From contig JBPCSL010000014.1 of NCBI GenBank assembly GCA_051007175.1, positions 1 to 44,638 on the forward strand: a stretch of DNA of 44,638 bases, in the 5' to 3' direction. Positions 27,424 to 40,113 of this stretch are shown here, one piece after another (position 1 is the first letter of the stretch; each line of letters opens with the position of its first letter). The notes below the pieces were generated by a model. The model was not told the DNA's origin. It made no database searches and saw only the letters and a list, made by a program, of their open reading frames with translations. Origin of the DNA: Candidatus Nanopelagicales bacterium. GTDB taxonomy: Bacteria; Actinomycetota; Actinomycetes; S36-B12. The position numbers and the translations under genes are program-made.

Positions 27424-27577
27424 TCTCAGGCCGTTCCCGCCGATAGCGGGGCCCGCCCGCCACAGGGGGAGGGCCACCAGGGAGCGGCCCTCCGACCCGA
27501 TGCGGGAGCGGAGCCGCGCCGCCCTCGGGCGGCATGACAGCGGGCGACCCGTGGCGCCGGCAGGAAGCGACCGCACG

Positions 27578-27964
27578 ATGCATACTCTCGACGATCTCGA
27601 TGCCCTCTCGCTCAAGAGCGACATCCCCGACTTCCGTCCCGGTGACACCGTCAAGGTGCACGTGAAGGTCGTCGAAGGCAATAAGACCCGTATCCAGGTC
27701 TTCCAGGGTGTGGTGATCGCGCGACAGGGAGATGGCATCCGCGAGACGTTCACCGTGCGCAAGGTGTCCTACGGCGTGGGCGTGGAGCGCACCTTCCCGC
27801 TGCACACCCCGATCGTCGACAAGGTCGAGGTCGTGACGCGCGGCGACGTGCGCCGCGCCAAGCTCTACTACCTCCGCGACCTGCGCGGCAAGGCGGCCAA
27901 GATCCGCGAGCTCCGCGAGGCCGTCCCGTCGACCGGCAGCCCGGTCACGTCCGACAGCGAGTGA
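27578..27964 (+). CDS. rplS: 50S ribosomal protein L19
   Basis: Contains [33 protein letters not shown]. Length is 128 aa. Confidence 0.96.
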   Translation: MHTLDDLDALSLKSDIPDFRPGDTVKVHVKVVEGNKTRIQVFQGVVIARQGDGIRETFTVRKVSYGVGVERTFPLHTPIVDKVEVVTRGDVRRAKLYYLRDLRGKAAKIRELREAVPSTGSPVTSDSE

Positions 27965-28076
27965 TCCTCCTCTCGGACGAGACGAGCGCGGGGCTCGCAT
28001 GAGCACGAGTCGACCGGGCGAGAGTGTCGCGGGAACTCCTGATCCCGGGTCCGCGTCGGAGTCCCCGGAGGTGGGC

Positions 28077-28805
28077 ATGGACAGCGGTCGCCGTCGCATT
28101 CCGGGCTGGCTGGAGTTCCCACTCCTCATCATCGGGGCGTTCCTCGTCGCCTTCCTGGTGAAGACCTTCCTCGTCCAGGCCTTCTACATCCCCTCGGGCT
28201 CGATGGAGAACACCCTCCAGGTGGGCGATCGCGTCCTCGTGAACAAGGTCGTCTACCACCTGCGCCCCGTCGAGCGCGGGGACGTCATCGTCTTCGACGG
28301 CACCGGGTCCTTCGTCAGTGGCGAGGTGGCTCAGCCGCAGCCGACCCTGCTGCAGGCGATCGCTAGAGGGCTGGGAGAGATCGTCGGACTGGCCCCGCCT
28401 CGCGACACCGACTTCATCAAGCGCGTCATCGGCGTCGGCGGCGACCGTGTCGTGTGCTGCGATGCCGCGGGCCGCATCACGGTCAACGGCGTGCCACTCG
28501 AGGAGTCGGCGTACCTCTACGGCAACAACCCGCCGAGCAAGCAGCCCTTCGACGTCATCGTGCCCGAGGGGAAGCTGTGGGTGATGGGCGATCACCGATC
28601 GGCGTCCGCGGACTCCCGCTCCCACATGGGCGAGCCGGGTGGCGGCTTCGTGCCCGTCGACAAGGTCATCGGGCGGGCCTTCGCCGTCGTGTGGCCGATC
28701 GGCAACGCCCAGATCCTCGAAATCCCCTCGACCTTCGACCAGCCGGGCCTCTCCGCGCTGGGCCGAGTCCCGTCCGAGGAGTTGCGAGCGTGGGCACAGC
28801 ACTGA
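28077..28805 (+). CDS. lepB: Signal peptidase I (copy 1)
   Basis: Contains IPSGSMENTL (catalytic Ser box) and GDHRSASADSR (box E). ATG 28077 lies 5 nt after GGAGG. Upstream in-frame codons from ATG 27999 have lower GC3 (about 73% by my count), so the shorter start is preferred. Confidence 0.9.
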   Translation: MDSGRRRIPGWLEFPLLIIGAFLVAFLVKTFLVQAFYIPSGSMENTLQVGDRVLVNKVVYHLRPVERGDVIVFDGTGSFVSGEVAQPQPTLLQAIARGLGEIVGLAPPRDTDFIKRVIGVGGDRVVCCDAAGRITVNGVPLEESAYLYGNNPPSKQPFDVIVPEGKLWVMGDHRSASADSRSHMGEPGGGFVPVDKVIGRAFAVVWPIGNAQILEIPSTFDQPGLSALGRVPSEELRAWAQH

Positions 28806-29575
28806 GCCCTCACGACGACACGGCCGAGATCCCGGTCGTCTCGGCCCCGGCCGACTTGACTGACGCCGAGAAGGAGCGCGCGCGGCACGCGGCGCCGCCT
28901 GCGCACCACGGGCCCGGATGGTGGGCCCTCAAGATTGCCCGCGAGGCGGGGATCGTCCTCGCCATCGCCCTGCTGGCGAGCGTCATCGTCCGCCTTGTCG
29001 TTGGCCAGGCCTTCTTCGTGCCCAGCGCCTCGATGGAGGACACCCTGCGCCCCGGCGATCGCATCCTCGTTGGCACCGTGCTCTCCCGCCTGACGGGGAT
29101 CTCGCGGGGTGACATCGTCGTCTTCCGCGATCCGGGTGGCTGGCGGGACGGAGGCCCTCGTCAGCCGGGTGTCGCGGCGGGGGTGCTGGCCTTCCTCGGC
29201 CTCGCACCCGCGGCGTCCGGAGACGATGTCGTGAAGCGCATCATCGCCGTCGGCGGCGATCGAATCGCCTGCTGCAGCCCCGATGGCCGCATCGTGCTCA
29301 ACGGAGCGCCGCTGGACGAGCCCTATCTCAAGCCCGGAGTCCCGACCGATCAGGTGACGTTCGACGTGGTGGTCCCTCCGGGCGGCTACTTCGTCATGGG
29401 TGACAACCGGCCCGACTCCCGTGACTCGCGATATCACCTCGACCAGGACTCGGGCGCGGTGCCGTCGTCGGTCGTGATCGGCAGGGCCCTCGTCGTCCTG
29501 TGGCCGCCCGCGCACCTGTCGGGTCTCACCACGCCGGCCGAGTTCGCCCGCGTGCCGGACCCTGAGGGCCCGTGA
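28790..29575 (+). CDS. lepB: Signal peptidase I (copy 2)
   Basis: GTG 28790 lies 8 nt after GAGGAG and overlaps copy 1 by 16 nt. Contains VPSASMEDTL and GDNRPDSRDSR. Length is 261 aa. Confidence 0.88.
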   Translation: MGTALSPHDDTAEIPVVSAPADLTDAEKERARHAAPPAHHGPGWWALKIAREAGIVLAIALLASVIVRLVVGQAFFVPSASMEDTLRPGDRILVGTVLSRLTGISRGDIVVFRDPGGWRDGGPRQPGVAAGVLAFLGLAPAASGDDVVKRIIAVGGDRIACCSPDGRIVLNGAPLDEPYLKPGVPTDQVTFDVVVPPGGYFVMGDNRPDSRDSRYHLDQDSGAVPSSVVIGRALVVLWPPAHLSGLTTPAEFARVPDPEGP

Positions 29576-30201
29576 CCGCGCCCACCCTGCGCACCGAGCG
29601 CGCGCTGCTGCGCGCCGCGTCGGCCGGCACTCTCGCGGCCATCGATGAGGTCGGCAGGGGGGCCCTCGCGGGTCCCGTCGCCGTCGGCGTCGTCGTCATC
29701 GACCTGGATTCCCCGTCAGCACCGCGCGGGGTGCGCGACAGCAAGGCCTGCCCGGAGCCAGAGCGACGCGCGCTGGTGCCGCGCATCCGCCGCTGGGCTC
29801 GGTCGAGCGCTGTTGGCTTCGCCAGCTCGCAGGAGATCGACGAGCGAGGCATCATCCGCGCCCTGGCCCTAGCAGCGACGCGTGCGCTCAACGCGATCGG
29901 CGAGCCGAGCGTGGTCCTCCTCGACGGGAATCATGACTGGTTGCGCAGGTCGTGTCGCAGCCTTCCGGTCGTGACGCGCATCTCCGGTGACGCCACGTGC
30001 GCCTCGGTCGCGGCGGCCAGCATCCTGGCCAAGGTCGCGCGCGACGACCTCATGGCGCGCCTCGCCGAGGACTTCCCGGCGTACCGGTGGGAGAGCAACC
30101 GCGGGTACGCCGCACCGGAGCACGTCGCTGCCCTGGAGCGGTTCGGACCCTCGCCGCTGCATCGCCTTTCCTGGCGCCTGCCCGGGGCGTCGACGGCCTA
30201 G
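29572..30201 (+). CDS. rnhB: Ribonuclease HII
   Basis: The start forms a GTGA overlap with the lepB stop. Contains IDEVGRGALAGPV and SILAKVARD. Length is 209 aa. Confidence 0.92.
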   Translation: MTAPTLRTERALLRAASAGTLAAIDEVGRGALAGPVAVGVVVIDLDSPSAPRGVRDSKACPEPERRALVPRIRRWARSSAVGFASSQEIDERGIIRALALAATRALNAIGEPSVVLLDGNHDWLRRSCRSLPVVTRISGDATCASVAAASILAKVARDDLMARLAEDFPAYRWESNRGYAAPEHVAALERFGPSPLHRLSWRLPGASTA

Positions 30202-30294
30202 TCCACAGGGACGCGTGGGCCCCGTCGTCCCCACCGTGGCCCGATAGGGCCGGGTCACGGAGCCGCCGGCATCAGGCTGCCCGCGGAGGTGGCC

Positions 30295-30651
30295 ATGCCG
30301 ACACGCACCGAGCTGGGCGCCTGGGGAGAGTCCCTGGCCGCTCACTACCTGGAGTCCCGGGGTCTCGCGATCCTCGACCGGAGATGGCGTTGCCGAGAAG
30401 GCGAGATTGACATCGTCGCCCGCGACGGAGCCGCGCTCGTCGTGTGCGAGGTCAAGACCCGCACGTCGGAGGCGTTCGGATCCCCGCTGGCGGCGGTGAC
30501 GCCCGTGAAGCTGCGCCGCCTACGACGACTGGCTCGTGCCTGGCTGCAGGCGCATGACGAGCATGCTCCGGAGATCCGGCTTGATGTCGTGGGCATCCTG
30601 GCCTCCGGGGGATCAAGGCCCGTCATCGAGCACCTGCGCGGGGTCGGCTGA
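30295..30651 (+). CDS. yraN: YraN family (UPF0102) endonuclease-like protein
   Basis: ATG 30295 lies 5 nt after GGAGG. GEIDIVARDGAALVVCEVKTR is a D...E.K nuclease-like motif. An alternative GTG is at 30289. Confidence 0.88.
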   Translation: MPTRTELGAWGESLAAHYLESRGLAILDRRWRCREGEIDIVARDGAALVVCEVKTRTSEAFGSPLAAVTPVKLRRLRRLARAWLQAHDEHAPEIRLDVVGILASGGSRPVIEHLRGVG

Positions 30652-32168
30652 TGGTCGCGCGCACGCACTGCGTCGTGACGGTCGGTGTCGAGCCACGGCT
30701 CGTGTCCGTCGAGGCGGATGTGTCCCAGGGGTTGCCGGGGATGACGATCGTCGGCCTCGGTGACACCGCCATCAGCGAGGCACGCGACCGCGTGCGCGCC
30801 GCCGTGCAGCACAGCCGGGCCGACTGGCCGCGCACACGCGTCACCGTGGCCCTGCTGCCGAGCTCACTGCCGAAGCGGGGCTCGTCGCTCGATGCCGCGA
30901 TCGCCGTGGCGGTCCTCGCAGCCCACGGCCAGGTGCCCGCCCGCGAGGCCGACCGCGCCGTCATCCAGGGCGAGCTCGGCCTCGACGGCCGACTCCACCC
31001 CGTCTCCGGGGTCATCGCTGCCTCGATCCTCGCGCGCGGCCTCGGAGACCGGCGGCTCCTGGTGCCGTCCGCCAACGTGGCGGAAGCGCGCCTTGTCGCT
31101 GGCCTCGACGCCGGTGGCGTGCGCGATATCGACCACCTCATCGGCGTCCTGCGCGGTGACGAGCAGCCGGATGAGCCCGCGAATACGACAGCGCTGCCCC
31201 CTGTCGACCCAGGGCCTGACCTTGCCGATGTCCGCGGCCAGCACGAGGCGCGGCACGCGGTGGAGATCGCAGCCGCCGGAGGCCATCACCTCTCACTCGT
31301 CGGCGCCGCGGGCGCGGGCAAGTCCCTGCTGGCGAGCCGCCTGCCGGGCCTGCTGCCGGACCTCGACGATGCGGATTCCCTGGAGGTCACCTCGATCTGG
31401 TCGGTCTCCGGACGGCTCTCCGTCACAGGGGACCTCCTGCGCCGGCCTCCGTTCGAGGCACCGCACCACTCCGCGTCGTCGACCGCCGTCATCGGCGGCG
31501 GCCAGTCCGGGCGCGTGCGCGTGGGAGCCATCACGCTGGCGCATCGCGGCGTGCTCTTCCTCGACGAGGCGCCGGAGTTCCCGCGCAACGTCCTCGACGC
31601 ACTCCGCCAGCCCCTGGAGGAGGGAGAGGTGCGCCTTGCCCGATCCGATCTGGCTGTCATCCTGCCGGCACGATTCCAGCTCGTCGTCGCCGCGAACCCC
31701 TGTCCGTGCGGAAGGGGGCTGGACGACGATCAGTGCCGATGCTCGCCGATGCAGCGCCGACGCTACGCGCAGCGTCTCTCCGGTCCGATCACCGATCGGA
31801 TCGACCTGCGACTACCGGTCCGCAAGCCCTCAGCCGTCGATCTCCGGGAGCCGGGCGAAGCCTCGTCCATCGTGGCCGCGCGGGTGCGCGGTGCACGCGA
31901 GAGGTCTGCGGCCCGCTGGCGCGGCGCCGGTCTGCCCTGGCGCGTCAACGGCGACATCCCCGGGCCGGCGGCGCGTCGCGACTGGGCCCCGGACGATCGC
32001 GGCACCGCCGTGCTCGCCCGCGCGGTCACGTCGGGTGCGCTGAGCATGCGGGGGGCCGACCGCGTGCTGCGCGTCGCGTGGACGCTCGCGGACCTGGCGG
32101 GGCGTCGTCGGCCGTGCGTCGACGACGTGGCCCGTGCCCTTGCCCTGCGCGGTCCGGAGCCGTCATGA
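30651..32168 (+). CDS. comM: YifB/ComM family Mg-chelatase-like ATPase
   Basis: It has an N-terminal Lon-protease-like domain, GAAGAGKSLLASRL (Walker A) and GVLFLDEAPEF (Walker B). The ATG overlaps the yraN stop (TGATG). Confidence 0.92.
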   Translation: MVARTHCVVTVGVEPRLVSVEADVSQGLPGMTIVGLGDTAISEARDRVRAAVQHSRADWPRTRVTVALLPSSLPKRGSSLDAAIAVAVLAAHGQVPAREADRAVIQGELGLDGRLHPVSGVIAASILARGLGDRRLLVPSANVAEARLVAGLDAGGVRDIDHLIGVLRGDEQPDEPANTTALPPVDPGPDLADVRGQHEARHAVEIAAAGGHHLSLVGAAGAGKSLLASRLPGLLPDLDDADSLEVTSIWSVSGRLSVTGDLLRRPPFEAPHHSASSTAVIGGGQSGRVRVGAITLAHRGVLFLDEAPEFPRNVLDALRQPLEEGEVRLARSDLAVILPARFQLVVAANPCPCGRGLDDDQCRCSPMQRRRYAQRLSGPITDRIDLRLPVRKPSAVDLREPGEASSIVAARVRGARERSAARWRGAGLPWRVNGDIPGPAARRDWAPDDRGTAVLARAVTSGALSMRGADRVLRVAWTLADLAGRRRPCVDDVARALALRGPEPS

Positions 32169-33259
32169 CGGGCCTCGATGACCGGCGCGCCCGCATGCTG
32201 CTGGGGAGGTGGTCGGAGCCCGGGGACGCCGCGCTGGTGGGCCGGGTCCGCGAGCAGGGCGCCGTGGCCGTCGTGCAGGAGCTGATCGCCGGGGCCAGCC
32301 CGCTCGCGCATGCGACCTCACTGTCCGTCCGCATGCCCGCCGGCTCGATCGCGGCCGCGGCCGATCGAGAGAGGTGCGCGGGGGAGGCCGCCGGCGCACG
32401 GTACGTCGTCCCCGGCGATCGTGAATGGCCGACGCAGCTCGAGGATCTGGGCGACGCGGCCCCGCTCGGCCTCTGGGTGGCCGGAGCCGGCGACCTGAGG
32501 CTGCTGGCGCTGAGATCCGTGGCGGTCGTGGGCGCCCGCGCCGCGACCGGCTACGGCGAGGGGATCGCGCGCGTCCTTGCGGCGGACCTCGCCGACGCGG
32601 GCTGGGCCACCGTGTCGGGTGGCGCCTATGGCATCGATGCGGCCGCGCATCGCGGTGCGCTCGTGGCCGAGGGTGCCACGGTCTGCATCCTTGCCGGCGG
32701 AGTCGATGTGCCCTATCCGCGGGCCCATGACGAGCTCCTGGCCCGGATTCGCGCCCACGGTGCGCTGGTGAGCGAGGCGCCGCTGGGCGGGGCCGCCATG
32801 CGACAGCGGTTCCTCACCCGCAACCGGCTCATCGCCGCACTCACGCGCGGCACCGTCGTCGTGGAAGCCGCCCTGCGGTCCGGCAGCCGCACGACGGCCG
32901 CGGCGGCGCTGCGCCTGTCCCGCATCGTCATGGCCTTTCCCGGCCCGGTGACGTCACCGCAGTCGCAGGGGTGCCACGCACTTCTGCGCGCGCCCGGCGT
33001 CGAGTTGGTGACCTCGTCGGCCGAGGTCCTGGCCCACCTCGGCCACGGGACCGTCACCGGCCTACGCGCGGAGGGGTTGGAGCCGCGGGAGGCGCGTGTC
33101 CTCGACGCCGTGCCCGTGCGCCGACCGGCCCCGGTGTCGAGCATCGCGCGCACGGCCGGGCTGGTCATCGACGAAGTCCAGGCCGCCCTGGGGATCCTCG
33201 AGGCGGAGGGCCTTGTCTCGCGTGGCGAAGGTGGTTGGGCACGCGCTCGCGGGCGGTAG
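32165..33259 (+). CDS. dprA: DNA-processing protein DprA
   Basis: The start forms an ATGA overlap with the comM stop. Contains [11 protein letters not shown]...[17 protein letters not shown]...RNRLIAAL. Length is 364 aa. Confidence 0.9.
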   Translation: MTGLDDRRARMLLGRWSEPGDAALVGRVREQGAVAVVQELIAGASPLAHATSLSVRMPAGSIAAAADRERCAGEAAGARYVVPGDREWPTQLEDLGDAAPLGLWVAGAGDLRLLALRSVAVVGARAATGYGEGIARVLAADLADAGWATVSGGAYGIDAAAHRGALVAEGATVCILAGGVDVPYPRAHDELLARIRAHGALVSEAPLGGAAMRQRFLTRNRLIAALTRGTVVVEAALRSGSRTTAAAALRLSRIVMAFPGPVTSPQSQGCHALLRAPGVELVTSSAEVLAHLGHGTVTGLRAEGLEPREARVLDAVPVRRPAPVSSIARTAGLVIDEVQAALGILEAEGLVSRGEGGWARARGR

Positions 33260-33309
33260 CCGGGCGTGGCGACGACCCGGAAGGCTCGCCCGCCCGTCAC
33301 CATGGTGAG

Positions 33310-34230
33310 GTGTCTGCCGACGAGCTCCCGGAGCCCCTCGCCGACGCGCTCACGCGATTTGCCGAGCACCTGTCGAGTGAGCGCGGTCGCAGCGACCACA
33401 CGGTCCGGGCCTATGTCGGCGACGTGGACGACCTCCTGCGCTTCGCGGCGGGGCACGGTGCCGTGCAGGTGAGCGACGTGACCCTCCTGGACCTGCGGGG
33501 ATGGCTGGCCGAGCAGGAGAGGCGCGGCCTGTCACGGTCGACCCTCGCCCGGCGTGCCGCGAGCGCACGGGCATTCACGCAGTGGGCGGCCCACCGCGGA
33601 CTCGCCGACAGCGATGCCGGCGCCCGTCTCGCGAGCCCGAAGCGCGGCCGCCCCCTGCCCACCGTCCTCAGCGCCGAGCAGGCGGCGACCCTCCTCGAGC
33701 TGGCCGGGACGGTTGCCGACGATCCCGTGGGCGTGCGCGACCTCGCGATGGTCGAGGTGCTCTACGCCACGGGCATCCGCGTGAGCGAGCTCGTGGGGCT
33801 CGATATCGATGACGTGGATCATGGTCGGCGCACGGTGCGGGTGCTCGGCAAGGGCAACCGCGAGCGCGTGGTGCCTGTGGGGGTCCCGGCCCTCAAGGCC
33901 ATCCGGCAATGGCAGGAGCACGGGCGTCCGGACCTCGCGCGCGAGGGCTCCGGCGCGGCACTCTTCCTGGGCGCGCGTGGGCACCGCGTCGACCCGCGGG
34001 CGGTGCGCCAGGTGGTGCACCGAGCCGTGGCCCAGGTGCCGGGAGCTCCCGACATCGGCCCGCATGGACTGCGGCATTCGGCGGCGACACACGTGCTCGA
34101 CGGCGGAGCCGACCTGCGGGCGGTACAGGAGATCCTCGGCCATGCGAGCCTCGCCACCACCCAGATCTACACGCATGTGTCCGTGGAGCGCCTGCGCACG
34201 ACCTTCGAGCAGGCGCACCCGCGCGCCTAG
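33310..34230 (+). CDS. xerC: Tyrosine recombinase XerC
   Basis: Contains [37 protein letters not shown] and [15 protein letters not shown] (R-H-R-Y catalytic set). The GTG 33310 start gives 306 aa. Confidence 0.9.
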   Translation: MSADELPEPLADALTRFAEHLSSERGRSDHTVRAYVGDVDDLLRFAAGHGAVQVSDVTLLDLRGWLAEQERRGLSRSTLARRAASARAFTQWAAHRGLADSDAGARLASPKRGRPLPTVLSAEQAATLLELAGTVADDPVGVRDLAMVEVLYATGIRVSELVGLDIDDVDHGRRTVRVLGKGNRERVVPVGVPALKAIRQWQEHGRPDLAREGSGAALFLGARGHRVDPRAVRQVVHRAVAQVPGAPDIGPHGLRHSAATHVLDGGADLRAVQEILGHASLATTQIYTHVSVERLRTTFEQAHPRA

Positions 34231-34670
34231 CCGGTCGGCTTGAGCACGATCGGGCGCGAGAGCAGCAGCATCGGGTCGGCGTACTCGTCCCCGCGCTTGA
34301 GTCCCCAGTGCAGGCACGTGCAGTGCGACCCGGCCTCGAGCGTGCCGATCGCCTGGCCCCGGCCTACGCGATCGCCGACCCGGACAGAAGGGCGCACGCC
34401 GTCGTACGTCGTCCGCCAGCCGGTGCCCAGTCCGGGGATGATCGCCGCGTGGGCGATCGAGATGACGGGGCGCCCGGCGAGCATGCCGGCGAAGACCACG
34501 GTCCCGTCGTTCGCGGCGCGGATGGTGGCCCCGGTGCTCGCGGCGAGGTCGACGCCGCGATGGCCGGGGGACCAGGGGGAGGTCGGCGCTGAGAAGGGGC
34601 GCTGCACGACGACCGGCGGAGGGAGGGGCGCCTGCCACGAGAGCAGGGCCGAGAGGAGGAGGCTCAGCAT
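34227..34670 (-). CDS. M23 family metallopeptidase (secreted)
   Basis: The ATG (CAT 34668-34670) gives the signal-like start [12 protein letters not shown]. Contains [26 protein letters not shown] and CLHWGLKRG. Length is 147 aa. Confidence 0.82.
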   Translation of the reverse strand: MLSLLLSALLSWQAPLPPPVVVQRPFSAPTSPWSPGHRGVDLAASTGATIRAANDGTVVFAGMLAGRPVISIAHAAIIPGLGTGWRTTYDGVRPSVRVGDRVGRGQAIGTLEAGSHCTCLHWGLKRGDEYADPMLLLSRPIVLKPTG

Positions 34671-34774
34671 GGCCTGACCCTCGGGGGAGGCGCCCCGCCC
34701 AGGGGGCGTCCCGCGTCGGGCCGGGGATATCCCGGCCCTGTCCGCCCTGGGGACGAAGGGCCCCCGCCGTCCCG

Positions 34775-34780
34775 TAGACT
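34775..34780 (+). promoter_or_regulatory. Candidate -10 hexamer TAGACT upstream of rpsB
   Basis: This is the only TAnnnT-type hexamer I noticed in the M23-rpsB spacer. It implies a leader of about 165 nt. Pattern match only. Confidence 0.25.
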
Positions 34781-34951
34781 TCGTCCTCGGTCCGGGCCCG
34801 CCCGGATACATCGCGTGTCCCACCCCCAGGGGAAGGCCGTCGGTCCCGGTTCGCCGGGGAGGCCGCACGGGGCACTAGGAGCGGCCGCCGCCCGGCGTCC
34901 GCGAAGAACCGACCGCGGTGAGGCATGCCTCGCCGCCCGAAGGAGTGCCCC

Positions 34952-35776
34952 ATGGCCGTCGTCACGATGCGCCAGCTGCTCGAGAGCGGTGTCCACTTCG
35001 GCCACCAGACCCGACGCTGGAATCCCAAGATGAAGCGCTTCATCTTCACCGAGCGCAATGGCATCTACATCATCGATCTCCAGCAGTCGCTGTCCTACAT
35101 CGACCGCGCCTACGAGTTCGTGAAGGAGACGGTCGCCCGCGGTGGCACGGTCCTCTTCGTCGGCACCAAGAAGCAGGCGCAGGAGCCGATCGCTCAGCAG
35201 GCCTCGCGCGTCGGCATGCCCTATGTCAACCAGCGCTGGCTCGGCGGCATGCTCACGAACTTCTCCACGGTGCACAAGCGGCTGCAACGGCTCAAGGAGC
35301 TCGAGGCGCTTGAGGCCGACTCGTCGGCATCGGGCATGACGAAGAAGGAGCTGCTGACCCTCGACCGCGAGCGCGTCAAGCTCGATCGCACCCTCGGTGG
35401 CATCCGCGACATGGCCAAGCTTCCGAGCGCCGTGTGGGTCATCGACTCCAATAAGGAGCACATTGCCGTCGGAGAGGCGCGCAAGCTGGGCATCCCCGTG
35501 ATCTCCATCCTCGACACCAATTGCGATCCCGACGACATTGACTTCCCGATCCCGGGCAACGACGACGCGATCCGCTCGGTCACCCTGCTGACGCGAGTGA
35601 TCGCTGACGCCGTCGCCGACGGCCTCATGGCGCGCGCGGGACGCGCGAGCGCCGAGGGCATGGAGGTGGCCGCGGTGGCCGCCGACGAGCCGCTGGCGGC
35701 GTGGGAGCAGGAGCTCCTCGCCGGCGCAGCCCCCGAGGTCGTCGTCGAGGTCGTCGAGGCGACCCCGGAGAGCTAG
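34952..35776 (+). CDS. rpsB: 30S ribosomal protein S2
   Basis: ATG 34952 follows AAGGAG. The N-terminus is [27 protein letters not shown]. Length is 274 aa. Confidence 0.96.
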   Translation: MAVVTMRQLLESGVHFGHQTRRWNPKMKRFIFTERNGIYIIDLQQSLSYIDRAYEFVKETVARGGTVLFVGTKKQAQEPIAQQASRVGMPYVNQRWLGGMLTNFSTVHKRLQRLKELEALEADSSASGMTKKELLTLDRERVKLDRTLGGIRDMAKLPSAVWVIDSNKEHIAVGEARKLGIPVISILDTNCDPDDIDFPIPGNDDAIRSVTLLTRVIADAVADGLMARAGRASAEGMEVAAVAADEPLAAWEQELLAGAAPEVVVEVVEATPES

Positions 35777-35860
35777 CACGACCTGCGAGTGCCCGGCGCC
35801 CGCCCTTGGGCGAGCGCGCGGCGCTCGCCTTTGATCACGCGACGACACGAAGGAATCGAC

Positions 35861-38107
<2,247 letters not shown>

Positions 38108-38110
38108 GGC

Positions 38111-38989
38111 ATGACCTCTCCTGCGGGCGGTGACGTCCCCTCGGACCCGCCGGCCTCCGAGGCGGCCGCGCCTGCTCCCAGCCGGGCTGGTCGCAACCTG
38201 CCTGCGGCGATCGCCTCTGGCGTGGTGCTCGCCGTCCTCGTGGTCGTGAGTCTTATCTGGCTGAAGTGGCTCTTCGGGGTGCTCGCCGCGGCCGCCCTCG
38301 TCATCGCCCTGCACGAGCTGATCCAGGCGCTGGCACAGCGCGATATCCGAGTGGCCCGCACGCCTGTCTACGCCACGACCATCATTGGGATGGCCGCCGC
38401 CTACGTCTGGGGGCCCGAGGCCCTGCTCGCGTGCGTCGGCGCGGGGGTCGTGGCCGTGCTCCTCTGGCGCATCCGACGAGGCACCGACGGCTACGTGCGC
38501 GACGTCACGGCCAGTGTCTTTCTCCTGGGCTATGTCTCGCTCATGGCGGGTTTTGCCATGCTCATGCTGGCGGCTGACAACGGTCCGTGGCGCATCGTGG
38601 TCTTCATCCTGCTCACGATCGGCAATGACATCGGGGGATATGCCACCGGCGTGCTCTTCGGGAGGCATCCGATCGCGCCGCAGATCAGCCCGAAGAAGTC
38701 GTGGGAGGGCTTCGCCGGCTCCCTGGTCGTCCAGTGCCTCATCGGCGTCGCGGCGTTCGTGTGGATCTTCGAGGCGCCCTGGTGGCAGGGCCTCATCATG
38801 GGTGCGGTCCTCACGGTCACGGCCACCGCGGGCGACTTCGCGGAGAGCGCCATCAAGCGCGATCTCGGGGTCAAGGACATGGGCACCTTCCTCCCCGGGC
38901 ACGGCGGCATCATGGACCGGCTCGACTCCCTCGTGGTCAATGCCTTCGTGGCCTGGGCGCTCTTCACTGTCTTCCTCGGCGCGGGGTAG
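38111..38989 (+). CDS. cdsA: Phosphatidate cytidylyltransferase
   Basis: It has multiple TM helices. SAIKRDLGVKDMGTFLPGHGGIMDRLDS is the CDS signature. Confidence 0.92.
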   Translation: MTSPAGGDVPSDPPASEAAAPAPSRAGRNLPAAIASGVVLAVLVVVSLIWLKWLFGVLAAAALVIALHELIQALAQRDIRVARTPVYATTIIGMAAAYVWGPEALLACVGAGVVAVLLWRIRRGTDGYVRDVTASVFLLGYVSLMAGFAMLMLAADNGPWRIVVFILLTIGNDIGGYATGVLFGRHPIAPQISPKKSWEGFAGSLVVQCLIGVAAFVWIFEAPWWQGLIMGAVLTVTATAGDFAESAIKRDLGVKDMGTFLPGHGGIMDRLDSLVVNAFVAWALFTVFLGAG

Positions 38990-39005
38990 ATGACACACTG
39001 GGGGC

Positions 39006-40109
39006 ATGCCTTCCCCCGGTGAGCTCGTGCTGGAGGCGCCCCGCAGGGGGAAGCCGCCCGTGCACCTGGCGGACCTCAGCGGGCGCGAGCGCCGGGAGGC
39101 GATGGCCGACCTGGGCCTGCCGGGATTCCGGGCGGATCAGGTGTCGCGGCACTGGTTCGGACGCCTCGACAACGAGCCGGAGACCTGGACCGACCTATCC
39201 CCGGACGACCGCGAGGCGGTGTCAACGGCTCTCCTCCCGCGGTTGCTCACCCCGGTGCTCACTCAGCAGTGCGATGGGGGAGCGACCGTCAAGACTCTCT
39301 GGCAGCTCCATGACGGGTCCCGGGTGGAGAGCGTCCTCATGGGCTATCGGGATCGCATCACGATGTGCGTCTCCTCCCAGGCAGGCTGCGGGATGAACTG
39401 CCCCTTCTGCGCTACAGGCCAGGCGGGGCTCACCCGCAACCTGTCCACCGCCGAGATCGTCGAGCAGGTCATGGCGGGCGCGCGATTGGTACGCAGCGGG
39501 GCCCTGCCCGGAGACCGAGACCGCGTGTCGAACGTCGTCTTCATGGGCATGGGGGAGCCCCTCGCGAACTACCGGGCGCTCATGGGCGCGGTTCACCGCC
39601 TCGTCGATCCCGTGCCCGACGGCCTCGGCATGTCCGCTCGTGGGATCACGGTCTCCACCGTGGGTCTGGTCCCGCGAATCCGGGAGCTTGCCGAGGAGGG
39701 GCTGCCGCTGCGGCTTGCGGTCTCGCTGCACGCGCCGGACGACGAGCTCCGAGACACCCTGGTGCCCATCAACACGCGCTACCCCGTGAGCGAGGTGCTG
39801 GATGCGGCGTGGTTCTACGCCGAGAGGACCGGGCGCCGCATCAGTATCGAGTATGCCCTGATTCGCGACGTGAACGACCAGCAGTGGCGGGCTGAGCGGC
39901 TCGCAGATCTTCTGCGCGGCCACCTCGTCCATGTGAACCTCATCCCGCTCAACCCCACGCCGGGCTCGGCCTGGACGGCCTCGGCTGCCGAGGACGAGAG
40001 GGCCTTCGTGCGTGCGCTCGAGGCGAAGCGAGTGCCGGTCACGGTGCGCGACACGCGGGGCCGTGAGATCGACGGTGCCTGCGGTCAGCTCGCCGCCACG
40101 GCACCATGA
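39006..40109 (+). CDS. rlmN: 23S rRNA (adenine2503-C2)-methyltransferase, radical SAM
   Basis: [19 protein letters not shown] is the CxxxCxxC motif. Also contains [13 protein letters not shown] and [11 protein letters not shown]. Length is 367 aa. Confidence 0.95.
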   Translation: MPSPGELVLEAPRRGKPPVHLADLSGRERREAMADLGLPGFRADQVSRHWFGRLDNEPETWTDLSPDDREAVSTALLPRLLTPVLTQQCDGGATVKTLWQLHDGSRVESVLMGYRDRITMCVSSQAGCGMNCPFCATGQAGLTRNLSTAEIVEQVMAGARLVRSGALPGDRDRVSNVVFMGMGEPLANYRALMGAVHRLVDPVPDGLGMSARGITVSTVGLVPRIRELAEEGLPLRLAVSLHAPDDELRDTLVPINTRYPVSEVLDAAWFYAERTGRRISIEYALIRDVNDQQWRAERLADLLRGHLVHVNLIPLNPTPGSAWTASAAEDERAFVRALEAKRVPVTVRDTRGREIDGACGQLAATAP

Positions 40110-40113
40110 TCGT

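Noticed and set aside
30202-30294. Possible missing small gene between rnhB and yraN (a DUF2469-type gene sits here in Mycobacterium, from memory)
   Set aside because: The gap is only 93 bp with no ORF. Absence is a synteny difference, not a feature, and my recollection of the reference synteny is not verified.
30295-34230. yraN-comM-dprA-xerC considered as a mobile or competence island (recombinase plus DNA-processing genes)
   Set aside because: This gene set and order is the conserved chromosomal arrangement in Actinobacteria. There are no flanking repeats, att-like sites, tRNA, or phage or conjugation genes. XerC here is the housekeeping dimer-resolution recombinase.
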